NCBI GenBank assembly: GCA_015523545.1
Contig: WAKB01000010.1
Location: 4,462 to 68,461, forward strand
DNA: 64,000 nt
Origin: Candidatus Geothermarchaeota archaeon
GTDB lineage: Archaea; Thermoproteota; Nitrososphaeria; Geothermarchaeales; JDFR-13
Reading direction: 5' to 3'
Shown: positions 55,647-64,000 of the stretch, one piece after another
Numbering within the stretch: the first letter of the stretch is position 1
Layout of the letters: each line of letters opens with the position of its first letter
Position numbers and translations under genes: made by a program
Notes under the pieces: model-generated
What the model saw: the letters and a program-made list of their open reading frames with translations, nothing else
Database searches by the model: none
What the model was told of the DNA's origin: nothing

Positions 55647-58359
55647 CATATATGATTTCACGTATAGCCTCGTTTATATCTTTGTCTCCACAGCTCATCA
55701 CACCCCCTATACGGTAGTATCTCTCATCACCCTTACCCCCATACCTCTCCAGACACTTCTCACCTAATGCCTCCGCCACCCTCCTAGGCTCGACGATCCC
55801 CACGAGGCTTGAGCCGATCCTCACAACTATGTTTACACCCCTACCAGTCTTGGCCACCCCGATAAACATGGTGTCGGGATATTTCTCGGTTAGATACTCA
55901 CCAACCTTAATCACGATGTCCACATCGTCATAGGAGAATACCGCCAGCCTATAACCATCCATCACCTCAGCCTTACCTGCTAAGCTCTCCGATATCCATC
56001 TCACCAGCTCCTCCCTCAGCCCACGATACCTCCTCCCCACATCCTCGATCTCCTTTAGGAGCTCCTCCACCCTCCTAGGAACATCCTCTATACCTGTGGA
56101 TAGCCTCATGGAAAGGCTCTTCAAGGCCTCGTAGCCCTTCTCAAGAGTCTCTATAGCCGCATCACCAGCCACATACTGTATCCTAAGGACACCATCCTGG
56201 ATCTTCTCTACACCTATTATCTTGAATAGTGTTATCTCGGAGGTGTTCCTAACATGGGTACCTCCACAGGCCTCCACATCCCAATCCTCCACAGTCACTA
56301 TACGTAGCTTCTCACCAGGCACAACTCCACCCTGGTAGATGGTGACGCCATACCTACGCTCAGCCTCCCCACGATCCATATAGCTGGCCTGCACCACCCT
56401 CCCCTCCCTGATAATCCTGTTAACCATCTCCTCAATCCTCCTAACCTCCTCCTGGCTAAGCCCCCTGTAATGGGTTATGTCTAGATGGGCGTAGTCAGGC
56501 TGCTTTATGACACCTGTCTGCCAGATATGGGGGCCGAGGGCCCGCCTAGCAGCGGATAGGAGGATATGGGTAGATGTGTGGTGCTTCATAATCCTGTATC
56601 TACGTGGCCAGTCGATCTCAAGCCACACCTCATCACCAGGCTTGAATGGAGCCTCCCTATCAAGGATGTGGAGAACAACCCCATCAACATCTTGGACATC
56701 CACTACACGAGCCTCCACATCACCACTCCTAATCACCCCGGTATCATGGACCTGCCCACCACCCGTGGGGTAGAATACCGTCCTATCAAGTACAAGCCTC
56801 CTACCGCTGATCCACAGCACCTTGGCACTCGCCCGATCCATATACTGGTTCGTATAGAAGAGCTTGGATGTCCTAGGCAGATCAGGTATCTCCGGCCTCT
56901 TCTCCACATGTTTCTCCACAGACCTCTCCAGATGCCTCCTGGCCACAAGCTCAGTAAAGTTGTGGGGAACCTCCAGATCAACTCCATACTCCCTCAAGAG
57001 GTGACCCCTGACGTAGTCTGGGTGTACGCCGTAGGAGTCATATAGCTCTATCAACATCTCCAGACCAGGTTTATAGCCCTTCCTCATGAGCTGCTTAACA
57101 TATTTAGGGACATTCCTCAGTATCTCACGATACTTCCTAATCTCAATATCTAGGATCTCAGGAATTATCCTGCCAGCCTCCGCCACCCTAGGGAAGTCCC
57201 TACCCCAGTAGCCCACCTGCCTCTCAAATAGTTTATAAACAACTTCATAATCCAGGCCCAGCTCATCAACAACCTTGAAGATCCTCCTCAGAAGCATACG
57301 CGTGAGATACCCCTCCCGCACATTGGATGGAACCCCACCGTCACTGATCAGGAAGATCGCCGCCTTACTATGGTCGAGTAGTTTATAGGCATAGATAAGC
57401 CTACGGATATCGGGCTCCCTATCCCCAAGCCCAACCCTCTCAAGGATAATCCCAAGCCGTGGTAGATCCTCCTCCTTAAGATTCGGGCTGACAATAGCGA
57501 ATCTTCTAAGCGTATCCCTATCCACATCTATATCGAGGGCCTGTAGGACCCAGTCATTAATCTCTCCATAGATGGCCTCGAAGGATGAGTACGTGCCTTG
57601 GGAGAGCCAGGTCCACCTCTCTATACCATACCCAGTATCCACAGTCCATATAGGTATGTCGTGGAGCCTACCCTCCTCATCAATCCTATACCTCATGAAG
57701 ACCAGTGTCGAAACTTCTAGACCAGCCACTATACCCTCTACATCAGGTCCCGCGTTCCCACCACCAACCCAGAAGTGCTCCTTATATGTTATCATCTCAG
57801 AGGGTATTCCCAGCCTCTCAGTTGCGAAGATGTGGTGATACTCTATCGTCTTATCCTTCCAGTATATCTCCACACCCTTTCTCTTATCATTGAACGCGTG
57901 GGCCCCACCCATCTCGAAGATAGTCATATGCCTCCCAGAGGTGTAGCCCACCCTATCTATATCCTCAAAGCGGAGGCAGGGCTGGGAGACGACCAATGGG
58001 TTAGCCGGTGGACTGGACATTCCTGAGGTCACATGGGGCTGGAAATCCGCTATCGAGGCTATAGTTATTAGGAGGTCATCCCTCCACCTAGCGACCACCG
58101 GATAAGGATCGATAATGGTGTGGCCATTCTCCTCGAAAAACCTTAGAAACTCCCGCCTAAGCTCACCGATAGAGTAGCTCCTCCTAGTGGGGGGTGAGTC
58201 GAAGAACGTGTAGTCTACACAAGGAGCCTCCCCACATAGCTCCTGATCAGGGTTCTGTGTCCAGAAGAATGAGCCACACGACCTACACTGCCGCCTAACA
58301 AAGCCATTCTCACGCATAAAACTAATGTCGAACTCTTTAGGATCGATCTCATACTCCAA
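55615..58359 (-). CDS. alaS: Alanyl-tRNA synthetase (archaeal type)
   Basis: N-terminal CxxC, YPVVARWRDD, RHMTIFEMG, DTGYGIER, editing HTSTH...CGGTH. Confidence 0.98.
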   Translation of the reverse strand: MEYEIDPKEFDISFMRENGFVRRQCRSCGSFFWTQNPDQELCGEAPCVDYTFFDSPPTRRSYSIGELRREFLRFFEENGHTIIDPYPVVARWRDDLLITIASIADFQPHVTSGMSSPPANPLVVSQPCLRFEDIDRVGYTSGRHMTIFEMGGAHAFNDKRKGVEIYWKDKTIEYHHIFATERLGIPSEMITYKEHFWVGGGNAGPDVEGIVAGLEVSTLVFMRYRIDEEGRLHDIPIWTVDTGYGIERWTWLSQGTYSSFEAIYGEINDWVLQALDIDVDRDTLRRFAIVSPNLKEEDLPRLGIILERVGLGDREPDIRRLIYAYKLLDHSKAAIFLISDGGVPSNVREGYLTRMLLRRIFKVVDELGLDYEVVYKLFERQVGYWGRDFPRVAEAGRIIPEILDIEIRKYREILRNVPKYVKQLMRKGYKPGLEMLIELYDSYGVHPDYVRGHLLREYGVDLEVPHNFTELVARRHLERSVEKHVEKRPEIPDLPRTSKLFYTNQYMDRASAKVLWISGRRLVLDRTVFYPTGGGQVHDTGVIRSGDVEARVVDVQDVDGVVLHILDREAPFKPGDEVWLEIDWPRRYRIMKHHTSTHILLSAARRALGPHIWQTGVIKQPDYAHLDITHYRGLSQEEVRRIEEMVNRIIREGRVVQASYMDRGEAERRYGVTIYQGGVVPGEKLRIVTVEDWDVEACGGTHVRNTSEITLFKIIGVEKIQDGVLRIQYVAGDAAIETLEKGYEALKSLSMRLSTGIEDVPRRVEELLKEIEDVGRRYRGLREELVRWISESLAGKAEVMDGYRLAVFSYDDVDIVIKVGEYLTEKYPDTMFIGVAKTGRGVNIVVRIGSSLVGIVEPRRVAEALGEKCLERYGGKGDERYYRIGGVMSCGDKDINEAIREIIYDVSGEGRLSS

Positions 58360-58421
58360 AGGCAGCCCACCAATAAAAGGTATGTAGGGAGTATGAGGGA
58401 AAAATTAGTGTAGCGGGTGGG

Positions 58422-58736
58422 CTAGCCGAAGAGGGCGCTGAGACCCTCGAAGGACTCCTCTTCCTCCTCCTTCTCCTCCTCCGCGGGCTTCTCCTCCTTC
58501 TTCTCCTCCTCAGCCGGCTGCTCAGCAGGCGCTGGAGCTGCAGGTGCCGCTACCGGCATAGCCACAGCCTTCTCCAAGACCTCGTCTATATTTATACCCT
58601 CGAGCGAAGCAACAAGACTCTTTATCTTAGCCTCGTCGGGATCCTCCCCTATAGCCTTGAATATCTTGCTAAGGTTCTCCTCATTAATCTCCTTCCCGGC
58701 GTCGTGTAGAAGCAGAGCCGCATATATGTATTTCAT
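58422..58736 (-). CDS. rpl12: 50S ribosomal stalk protein P1/L12
   Basis: [11 protein letters not shown], Ala/Glu-rich hinge, GLSALFG. Confidence 0.98.
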   Translation of the reverse strand: MKYIYAALLLHDAGKEINEENLSKIFKAIGEDPDEAKIKSLVASLEGINIDEVLEKAVAMPVAAPAAPAPAEQPAEEEKKEEKPAEEEKEEEEESFEGLSALFG

Positions 58737-58791
58737 GGCTGGATCCCTCCTTTACCTTATAATTAGACTTGGGAGTCGCTATATAAATATG

Positions 58792-59670
58792 CTATTCACT
58801 GATACCAGCCTCTGATGCCAGTCTATTAGCCCTGGCAACAGCCATAGTGATGAGGTACTCGATAGTAGACTTGTCTATGTACTCCGCCTCAACGGCCAAA
58901 GCCCTAGCCCTATTCATGGCCATTAGTAGGAGTGGCTCTATAGTCCTGCTGGTAATGTACTCTATCTCCATCGCCAGCTTAAACGCGTTGAGGGCCGCCT
59001 TCTCAATATCGCTCTTGATAGCCTCTATGTCAGGTATCAGCAGCTCCCTAGGTATCAATATATTGTCCACAAAGTCATAGGCAAACTTTATCGAGACCTT
59101 AGACTTGATAGGCTTTATACCTAGCTTCGAGAGTATATTAGCCAGGTTGGGCGAGATCTTATCACCCTTCTTAGCAACTAATACGTCCTTAGCCACATAG
59201 ATACTCCCAGCAACGATCTTCGTCGGGATACTCAGGGCCGAGAAGACCCCTATCACAGGCCCTGGAGGAATACCAGTGTTACCCTCCGGTATGATGATGT
59301 CCTCAGGGGCTATGTCACCAGGGGAGGCCTCCATAGCCACCTCAAACTTATCCAGCTCATACGCTATCCTGAAGGGGTTCTCATTGGTGAATATGAATAG
59401 TAGCTGACCACTAAGCTTGTCGGCAAGCTCCTTAGCAGCCTCCGGATATACATTCTCAATAGCCTTCAACAGAACACGCATCTTACCGCCCTTCATCCTG
59501 AAGCCAAGCTTCGGCTGGAGCCTCCTAACCTCATTAGCCATAGATGCCTTCAGCCTATACGCATCTACAACAAGTAGGTAGCGGTTATTCCTAAGCAGCT
59601 CCTCAAACTCCTTCCTCATCCTAACCTTCTTCTCAGGGATCCTCCTCTCCCTCTTAGCAGCCACGCTCAT
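58792..59670 (-). CDS. rpl10: 50S ribosomal protein uL10 (P0)
   Basis: FTNENPF, APEDIIIPEGNTGIPPGP, LSKLGIKP. Confidence 0.95.
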   Translation of the reverse strand: MSVAAKRERRIPEKKVRMRKEFEELLRNNRYLLVVDAYRLKASMANEVRRLQPKLGFRMKGGKMRVLLKAIENVYPEAAKELADKLSGQLLFIFTNENPFRIAYELDKFEVAMEASPGDIAPEDIIIPEGNTGIPPGPVIGVFSALSIPTKIVAGSIYVAKDVLVAKKGDKISPNLANILSKLGIKPIKSKVSIKFAYDFVDNILIPRELLIPDIEAIKSDIEKAALNAFKLAMEIEYITSRTIEPLLLMAMNRARALAVEAEYIDKSTIEYLITMAVARANRLASEAGISE

Positions 59671-59685
59671 CCCATATACACCCCA

Positions 59686-60354
59686 CTAGATAACCCTCAC
59701 AGCCGGACCCATAGTAGTCTTCACATAGATCCTGTCTATCACGGCCTTCTCAGGAAGCTTTGAGGAAAGGGCCTCTAAGAAGGCCTTCGCATTCTCAACA
59801 AGCTGGTCAATATCCATCTCCTCATGCCCAATAGAGACTAGAACCATAGGGTTGTTCCTAACATTAACCAGAACCGATTTACGGAGATCCTCGACCATCC
59901 TCTTGACATCAGCGTTGGGAGGCACGATCTGTGGGATCTTCCCACGAGGCCCAAGGGCGAAACCCATTACACGACCAACATTAGCCATCATCTTAGGCTC
60001 GGCCAGGAAGAAGTCGTACTGATTAGCCAGCTTCTTAATAGCCCTCTTCTGCCCCTGGAGCTCCAACAACTCCTTCTCACTTATAACCCTATCCACCCCG
60101 GCCTCCTCAGCCTTCTGAGCCATTATACCCTCGGCAAACATAGCTACCTTCCTAGGCTTAGAAGGACCGTGGGGAAGCCTTATAGCAGCCCTAATCCTAT
60201 TCTCCGGCTTCTTTAGGTCCAGGCCGGAGAGGGATACTATAAGATCGACAGACTGTCTAAAACGTCTAGGCTTACTCTTCTCAAGCGCCTCCTTTATAGC
60301 CTTCCTAAGCGCCTCCTCATCAACAACCTTTACCGCCCTTAGGGATAGGGACAT
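59686..60354 (-). CDS. rpl1: 50S ribosomal protein uL1
   Basis: RRFRQSVDL, LGPRGKIP, YVKTTMGP. Confidence 0.97.
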   Translation of the reverse strand: MSLSLRAVKVVDEEALRKAIKEALEKSKPRRFRQSVDLIVSLSGLDLKKPENRIRAAIRLPHGPSKPRKVAMFAEGIMAQKAEEAGVDRVISEKELLELQGQKRAIKKLANQYDFFLAEPKMMANVGRVMGFALGPRGKIPQIVPPNADVKRMVEDLRKSVLVNVRNNPMVLVSIGHEEMDIDQLVENAKAFLEALSSKLPEKAVIDRIYVKTTMGPAVRVI

Positions 60355-60371
60355 ATATCCACACCTCCCAA

Positions 60372-60875
60372 CTAAGTCTCAATACTTACGTCTTCAAAGT
60401 ATTTATCGTACTTACCCTCCTTAACCTCCCTGGTAACCTGCTTAGGATCCTTCCCATCCACCTTAACCCCCATACTCACACAGGTCCCAATAACCTGGAG
60501 AGCTACAGACTTTAGGTTATCAAGCCCTATCTTCTGATTAATAATCCTACTTATCTTGAGGACCTGGTCAAAGGTTAGGTTACCCACGAATACCCTGCCA
60601 GGCTCACTAGAGCCCTTCTCTATACCAGCCTCCTTAGCTATGAGGGCTGAGACCGTAGGTATACCCACCTCCACCTCGAACTCCTTAGTCTCTACATCAA
60701 CTATGATCTTCACAGGGACCTTCATCCCCTTGAAGTCAGCAGTCAACTCATTGATCTTATCCACCACAGCCTTAACATTGACCCCAAGCGGGCCTAGCTG
60801 AGGCCCCAGTGGAGGCCCCGCAGTAGCAGCTCCTCCCGAGACGAGGGCCTCTATAACCTGCTTCTTATCACCCAT
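60372..60875 (-). CDS. rpl11: 50S ribosomal protein uL11
   Basis: GGAATAGPPLGPQLGPLG, GMKVPVKI, GTCVSMGV. Confidence 0.98.
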   Translation of the reverse strand: MGDKKQVIEALVSGGAATAGPPLGPQLGPLGVNVKAVVDKINELTADFKGMKVPVKIIVDVETKEFEVEVGIPTVSALIAKEAGIEKGSSEPGRVFVGNLTFDQVLKISRIINQKIGLDNLKSVALQVIGTCVSMGVKVDGKDPKQVTREVKEGKYDKYFEDVSIET

Positions 60876-60887
60876 ACCCCGACCACC

Positions 60888-61364
60888 TCACTTAATCTTT
60901 CTAACATAGTCCTTGGATAATATAATTGGGATGGGGGCCGCAGACGCATCGCTCAGATGAATAACTATCTCCTCCTTATCCTTGATATTCACAACCCTAG
61001 CCTTCATACCCTTGAAAGGCCCCGAGATTATCTCGACCTCATCACCAATATTGAGCTCCACTTCTTCCTCCTCAGTCAACAACTCCTTAATCTCCTCGAA
61101 GGAGACCAGGCCTGGTAGGATACGCTTAAAGCTCTTTATCCCCTCGAAAGCATTGTATACATCCGTGTATCTAGCCGCCTCCACGATTAACTCGCCCTTG
61201 GATGCGGGTGGCTTGATGATGCTATATATCTTAATCTTCCCGTTGGACGCCTTTACATACATCTCAGCTATCCTAGCAGCATCCTCCTCCTGACCACCCA
61301 CGGTCTTCACTAGGAAGAACCGTTTCTTACTAGTCTCCCCAGACACCCTCGACACCACCTTCAC
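60888..61364 (-). CDS. spt5: Transcription elongation factor Spt5/NusG
   Basis: VKTVGGQE, KGELIVEA, KOW motif GDEVEIISGPFKG. Confidence 0.95.
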   Translation of the reverse strand: MKVVSRVSGETSKKRFFLVKTVGGQEEDAARIAEMYVKASNGKIKIYSIIKPPASKGELIVEAARYTDVYNAFEGIKSFKRILPGLVSFEEIKELLTEEEEVELNIGDEVEIISGPFKGMKARVVNIKDKEEIVIHLSDASAAPIPIILSKDYVRKIK

Positions 61365-61516
61365 ACAACTATGAATATTTCAAAGACGATGTAGATGACG
61401 AATCCTATGGAGCCTAGTAGAGCTACTCCCAGGAGTATAAGCTTACTATATTCCTTAAACTCTGTGAAACTCGGTTTACGGGCCAGCTTCAAAGTATTTA
61501 TCAACTTGTCGAGCAC
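61361..61516 (-). CDS. secE: Protein translocase subunit SecE/Sec61-gamma (51 aa, not in the ORF track)
   Basis: Manual translation MLDKLINTLKLARKPSFTEFKEYSKLILLGVALLGSIGFVIYIVFEIFIVV; KP..EF motif plus one TM; GAGGTGGGG RBS; standard secE-spt5-rpl11 order. Confidence 0.93.
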   Translation of the reverse strand: MLDKLINTLKLARKPSFTEFKEYSKLILLGVALLGSIGFVIYIVFEIFIVV

Positions 61517-61574
61517 TATATCCCCACCTCTACCCATCTACTAATAGTCCTAGATAATATAATTAATGGCGCCT

Positions 61575-62369
61575 CTAGACTCGGATGGTCTCCAGCCCCA
61601 TCTCCTGAAGCTTGGAGTATACACATTGACGGATACCACCCTTCAAACCCTTCCAGTTAACCACCGCAACATCGACACCCCCATTCCTCTCGACAGCCAT
61701 TTCTATAATATCCTCGTCACAGGATTCGAGGACATACTTGGAGATTATATGACCGAATCCATAGTTAGACTTGAGGATCATACTTGTGAATATAGGGGCA
61801 TAGTGGGGCCCTCCAAACCCGACAGCACGTATACACGTCTGATCATCAAGCGACTCCAACGTCTCTACAAGGGACTTGGCGACTACATAGGCAGCGCTAG
61901 AATCGTTCCAGTTCCTCTGCTTAGGACCTATCTCCACGAAGACTGCTGGTGCCGACAATTCCGTCGGGCCATGATGAGTGACCTCCAGAGTCACCACATA
62001 GTCGATACCACTAACAGCGACGTTTTGATAAGCCCTCCTTATGAAGCCCCCTATGAAGCAGGGAGAGGCCATTGGCAACGACCTAGGCAGCCCTCCATAG
62101 GGGTTCTGATCACCCGGATTCCCAGGCGTATGGGCGGATATCGTAGGTGTGTCTGACTTTGCACTATGCCTGGATAGGAATATTACTAGGCTGGGCCTAA
62201 CCCCTATAACCTCGTCAACATGATCCGCATAGATCGGGTGGTCATCAATCTTTAGATACTCAATGTCGATGTTTGCCTCTAGGCTATACATAACCTCCTC
62301 CAGAGCCCTATAGAGATTGATACTAGCCTCATCCCTATCAGTATAGACTACGAGATACCTCCTAGACAT
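61575..62369 (-). CDS. dtdA: D-aminoacyl-tRNA deacylase (DTD2/GEK1 family)
   Basis: FLSRH, SAHTPGN, TLEVTHHGP, FVEIG, GFGGPHYAP, FGHII. Confidence 0.92.
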   Translation of the reverse strand: MSRRYLVVYTDRDEASINLYRALEEVMYSLEANIDIEYLKIDDHPIYADHVDEVIGVRPSLVIFLSRHSAKSDTPTISAHTPGNPGDQNPYGGLPRSLPMASPCFIGGFIRRAYQNVAVSGIDYVVTLEVTHHGPTELSAPAVFVEIGPKQRNWNDSSAAYVVAKSLVETLESLDDQTCIRAVGFGGPHYAPIFTSMILKSNYGFGHIISKYVLESCDEDIIEMAVERNGGVDVAVVNWKGLKGGIRQCVYSKLQEMGLETIRV

Positions 62370-62383
62370 GGTTCCTAGAGTGA

Positions 62384-63304
62384 CTATAGCATCTCGAGGA
62401 GATAGAGTATGATGGTCTTCTGAGTATGCAGCCTATTCTCCGCCTGGTCATAGACAATGCTATACTCTGAGTCGATAACCTCATCAACAACCTCCTCCCC
62501 TCTATGCGCGGGTAGGCAGTGCATAAACACGGCGTCCTGAGAGGCATGTGACATGAGATCCATATTCACCTGGTACTTAGGCAGGAAGAGGCCGCGCCTC
62601 CTAGCAGCCTCATCCTCCATCCCCATAGATACGAAGGTGTCTGTATAGACGACATCCGCATCCTTAACAGCCTCATAGGGATCCTCCGTATATCTCACCA
62701 CCCCTCCATTCTCACTTGCCAGCCTAGACACCCTCTCCAACTCCTCCTCCGGGAGCCAGTACTCCCTAGGGGCCGCTACATATATGTTTAGCCCAAGCAT
62801 AGCTGAGGCGATTACTAGGGACCTAGCCACATTATTAGCCCCATCCCCTATAAACGCTATCTTAAGCCTCGACAGCCTCCCAAACCTCTCATATATGGTG
62901 AACATGTCCGACACTATCTGGACAGGATGCTCCCGGTCGGATAACCCGTTTATAACCGGTATAGACGCGTGCTCCGCCATCTCCTCAAGAGTCTCATGCC
63001 TATAGACCCTAGCCATCAATATGTCGACATACCTCTCCAGCACCTTAACCGTATCCTTTATAGACTCACCTCTACTCATCTGGAGCGTAGAGGTGGGTAA
63101 GTAGAGAGCCCTACCTCCAAGCTGGTTCATAGCCACCTCGAAGGAGACCCTAGTCCTGGTAGACGGCTTCTCAAATATCATACCCATGGTATAGCCCTCT
63201 AGGACACCCTCCACATCTATATATCCATACTTTATCTCCTCAGTCAGGAAGACCAGTTTCAGGATCTCCTCCCTGGACAGGTCCCATATCGAGAGTAGGT
63301 GCAT
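62384..63304 (-). CDS. argF: Ornithine carbamoyltransferase
   Basis: FEKPSTRTR, HPVQ, SMG, FMHCLPAHRGEEV, QAENRLH. Confidence 0.95.
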   Translation of the reverse strand: MHLLSIWDLSREEILKLVFLTEEIKYGYIDVEGVLEGYTMGMIFEKPSTRTRVSFEVAMNQLGGRALYLPTSTLQMSRGESIKDTVKVLERYVDILMARVYRHETLEEMAEHASIPVINGLSDREHPVQIVSDMFTIYERFGRLSRLKIAFIGDGANNVARSLVIASAMLGLNIYVAAPREYWLPEEELERVSRLASENGGVVRYTEDPYEAVKDADVVYTDTFVSMGMEDEAARRRGLFLPKYQVNMDLMSHASQDAVFMHCLPAHRGEEVVDEVIDSEYSIVYDQAENRLHTQKTIILYLLEML

Positions 63305-63314
63305 ACATCCCCCC

Positions 63315-64000
63315 TCATGAGAAGAGCTGATCGACGAATAGATTAGCCTTAAAAAGTATTAAATCGCCGTATCCCTGCCCAACACCGAGGTATACGATAG
63401 GCTTCGGATTCACAAAGGCGGTGGTTAGTATAGCTCCCCCCTTGACATCAGCATCCACCTTCGTAAAGATATATGTATCCACACCAACCCCTCTATCGAA
63501 CTCCTCAGCCTGCCTAATAGCGTCGGACCCTGTCAACGCGTCCAGAACAAGTAGTGTCACGTCCGGCTCCGTGACACGGCGTATCTTAGCCAACTCGGCC
63601 ATCAGATTCACGTTCGAGTGCTGCCTCCCAGCAGTATCTATAATCACCTGGTCATATCCCCTAGCCACTGCATGCTGCACCGCGTCATAGGCAACCGCGG
63701 CCGGATCATGACCATATTCAGAGGCATAGACATCCACCCCGACCCTAGTGCCGTGCAACCTCAACTGCTCGATCGCCCCGGCCCTAAATGTATCTGCACA
63801 GACTAGTAGGGGCTTAAGCCCGGCCTGCCTACATCTATACGCCATCTTAGCAATGGTTGTAGTCTTCCCCGTCCCATTAACCCCGACAACCAGTATCTTT
63901 AGAGGCTCTTCTCCACCCCTCATGGTTGAGAGGTCTCCGTACTCGAGTCTCGAGAAGGTCTCCAACATATAAGTCTTCATATAGCTGAAGACAACTTCAC
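63315..64000 (-). CDS. ftsY: Signal recognition particle receptor FtsY (5' part outside the window)
   Basis: GVNGTGKTTTIAK, DTFRAGAIEQL, DTAGR, TKVDADVKGG, GVGQGY. Confidence 0.95.
   Translation of the reverse strand, partial: EVVFSYMKTYMLETFSRLEYGDLSTMRGGEEPLKILVVGVNGTGKTTTIAKMAYRCRQAGLKPLLVCADTFRAGAIEQLRLHGTRVGVDVYASEYGHDPAAVAYDAVQHAVARGYDQVIIDTAGRQHSNVNLMAELAKIRRVTEPDVTLLVLDALTGSDAIRQAEEFDRGVGVDTYIFTKVDADVKGGAILTTAFVNPKPIVYLGVGQGYGDLILFKANLFVDQLFS

Noticed and set aside
61566-62156. 196-aa plus-strand ORF opposite the D-aminoacyl-tRNA deacylase
   Set aside because: Almost entirely antisense to a well-supported gene; no motif.

Overview
A very compact stretch of core genome from an archaeon of the TACK group. 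The unsplit RpoA and RpoB and the RFC-GINS-MCM-Hel308 order suggest a thermophilic Nitrososphaeria relative (Aigarchaeota/Geothermarchaeota-like) or a Korarchaeota-like lineage; this is inference. Most genes are housekeeping: ribosomal protein and RNA polymerase operons, EF-1alpha, replication genes, Met/Leu/Ala tRNA synthetases, glycine cleavage P subunits, flavin cofactor genes, SecE and FtsY. Four CCA-encoding tRNA genes carry one to three BHB introns: Ser-TGA, Lys-TTT, Gln-TTG and Arg-TCT. The main accessory block (about 5.0-11.1 kb) is an A-type heme-copper oxidase module (coxB, coxA+C fusion, coxD). It also encodes a membrane-anchored blue-copper protein, a CxxC membrane protein and an SCO copper chaperone split by an approximately 280-aa beta-propeller inserted in its VDxERD loop. 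Other highlights are apparent tandem introns at one tRNA-Lys site, a 21-bp motif shared upstream of cdc6 and mcm, an oxidase lacking canonical K-channel residues, a perfect 23-nt repeat inside archease and a ribophorin-I-like membrane protein. I saw no CRISPR array, rRNA, transposase, integrase or intein. All calls come from reading motifs by eye; no searches were run.
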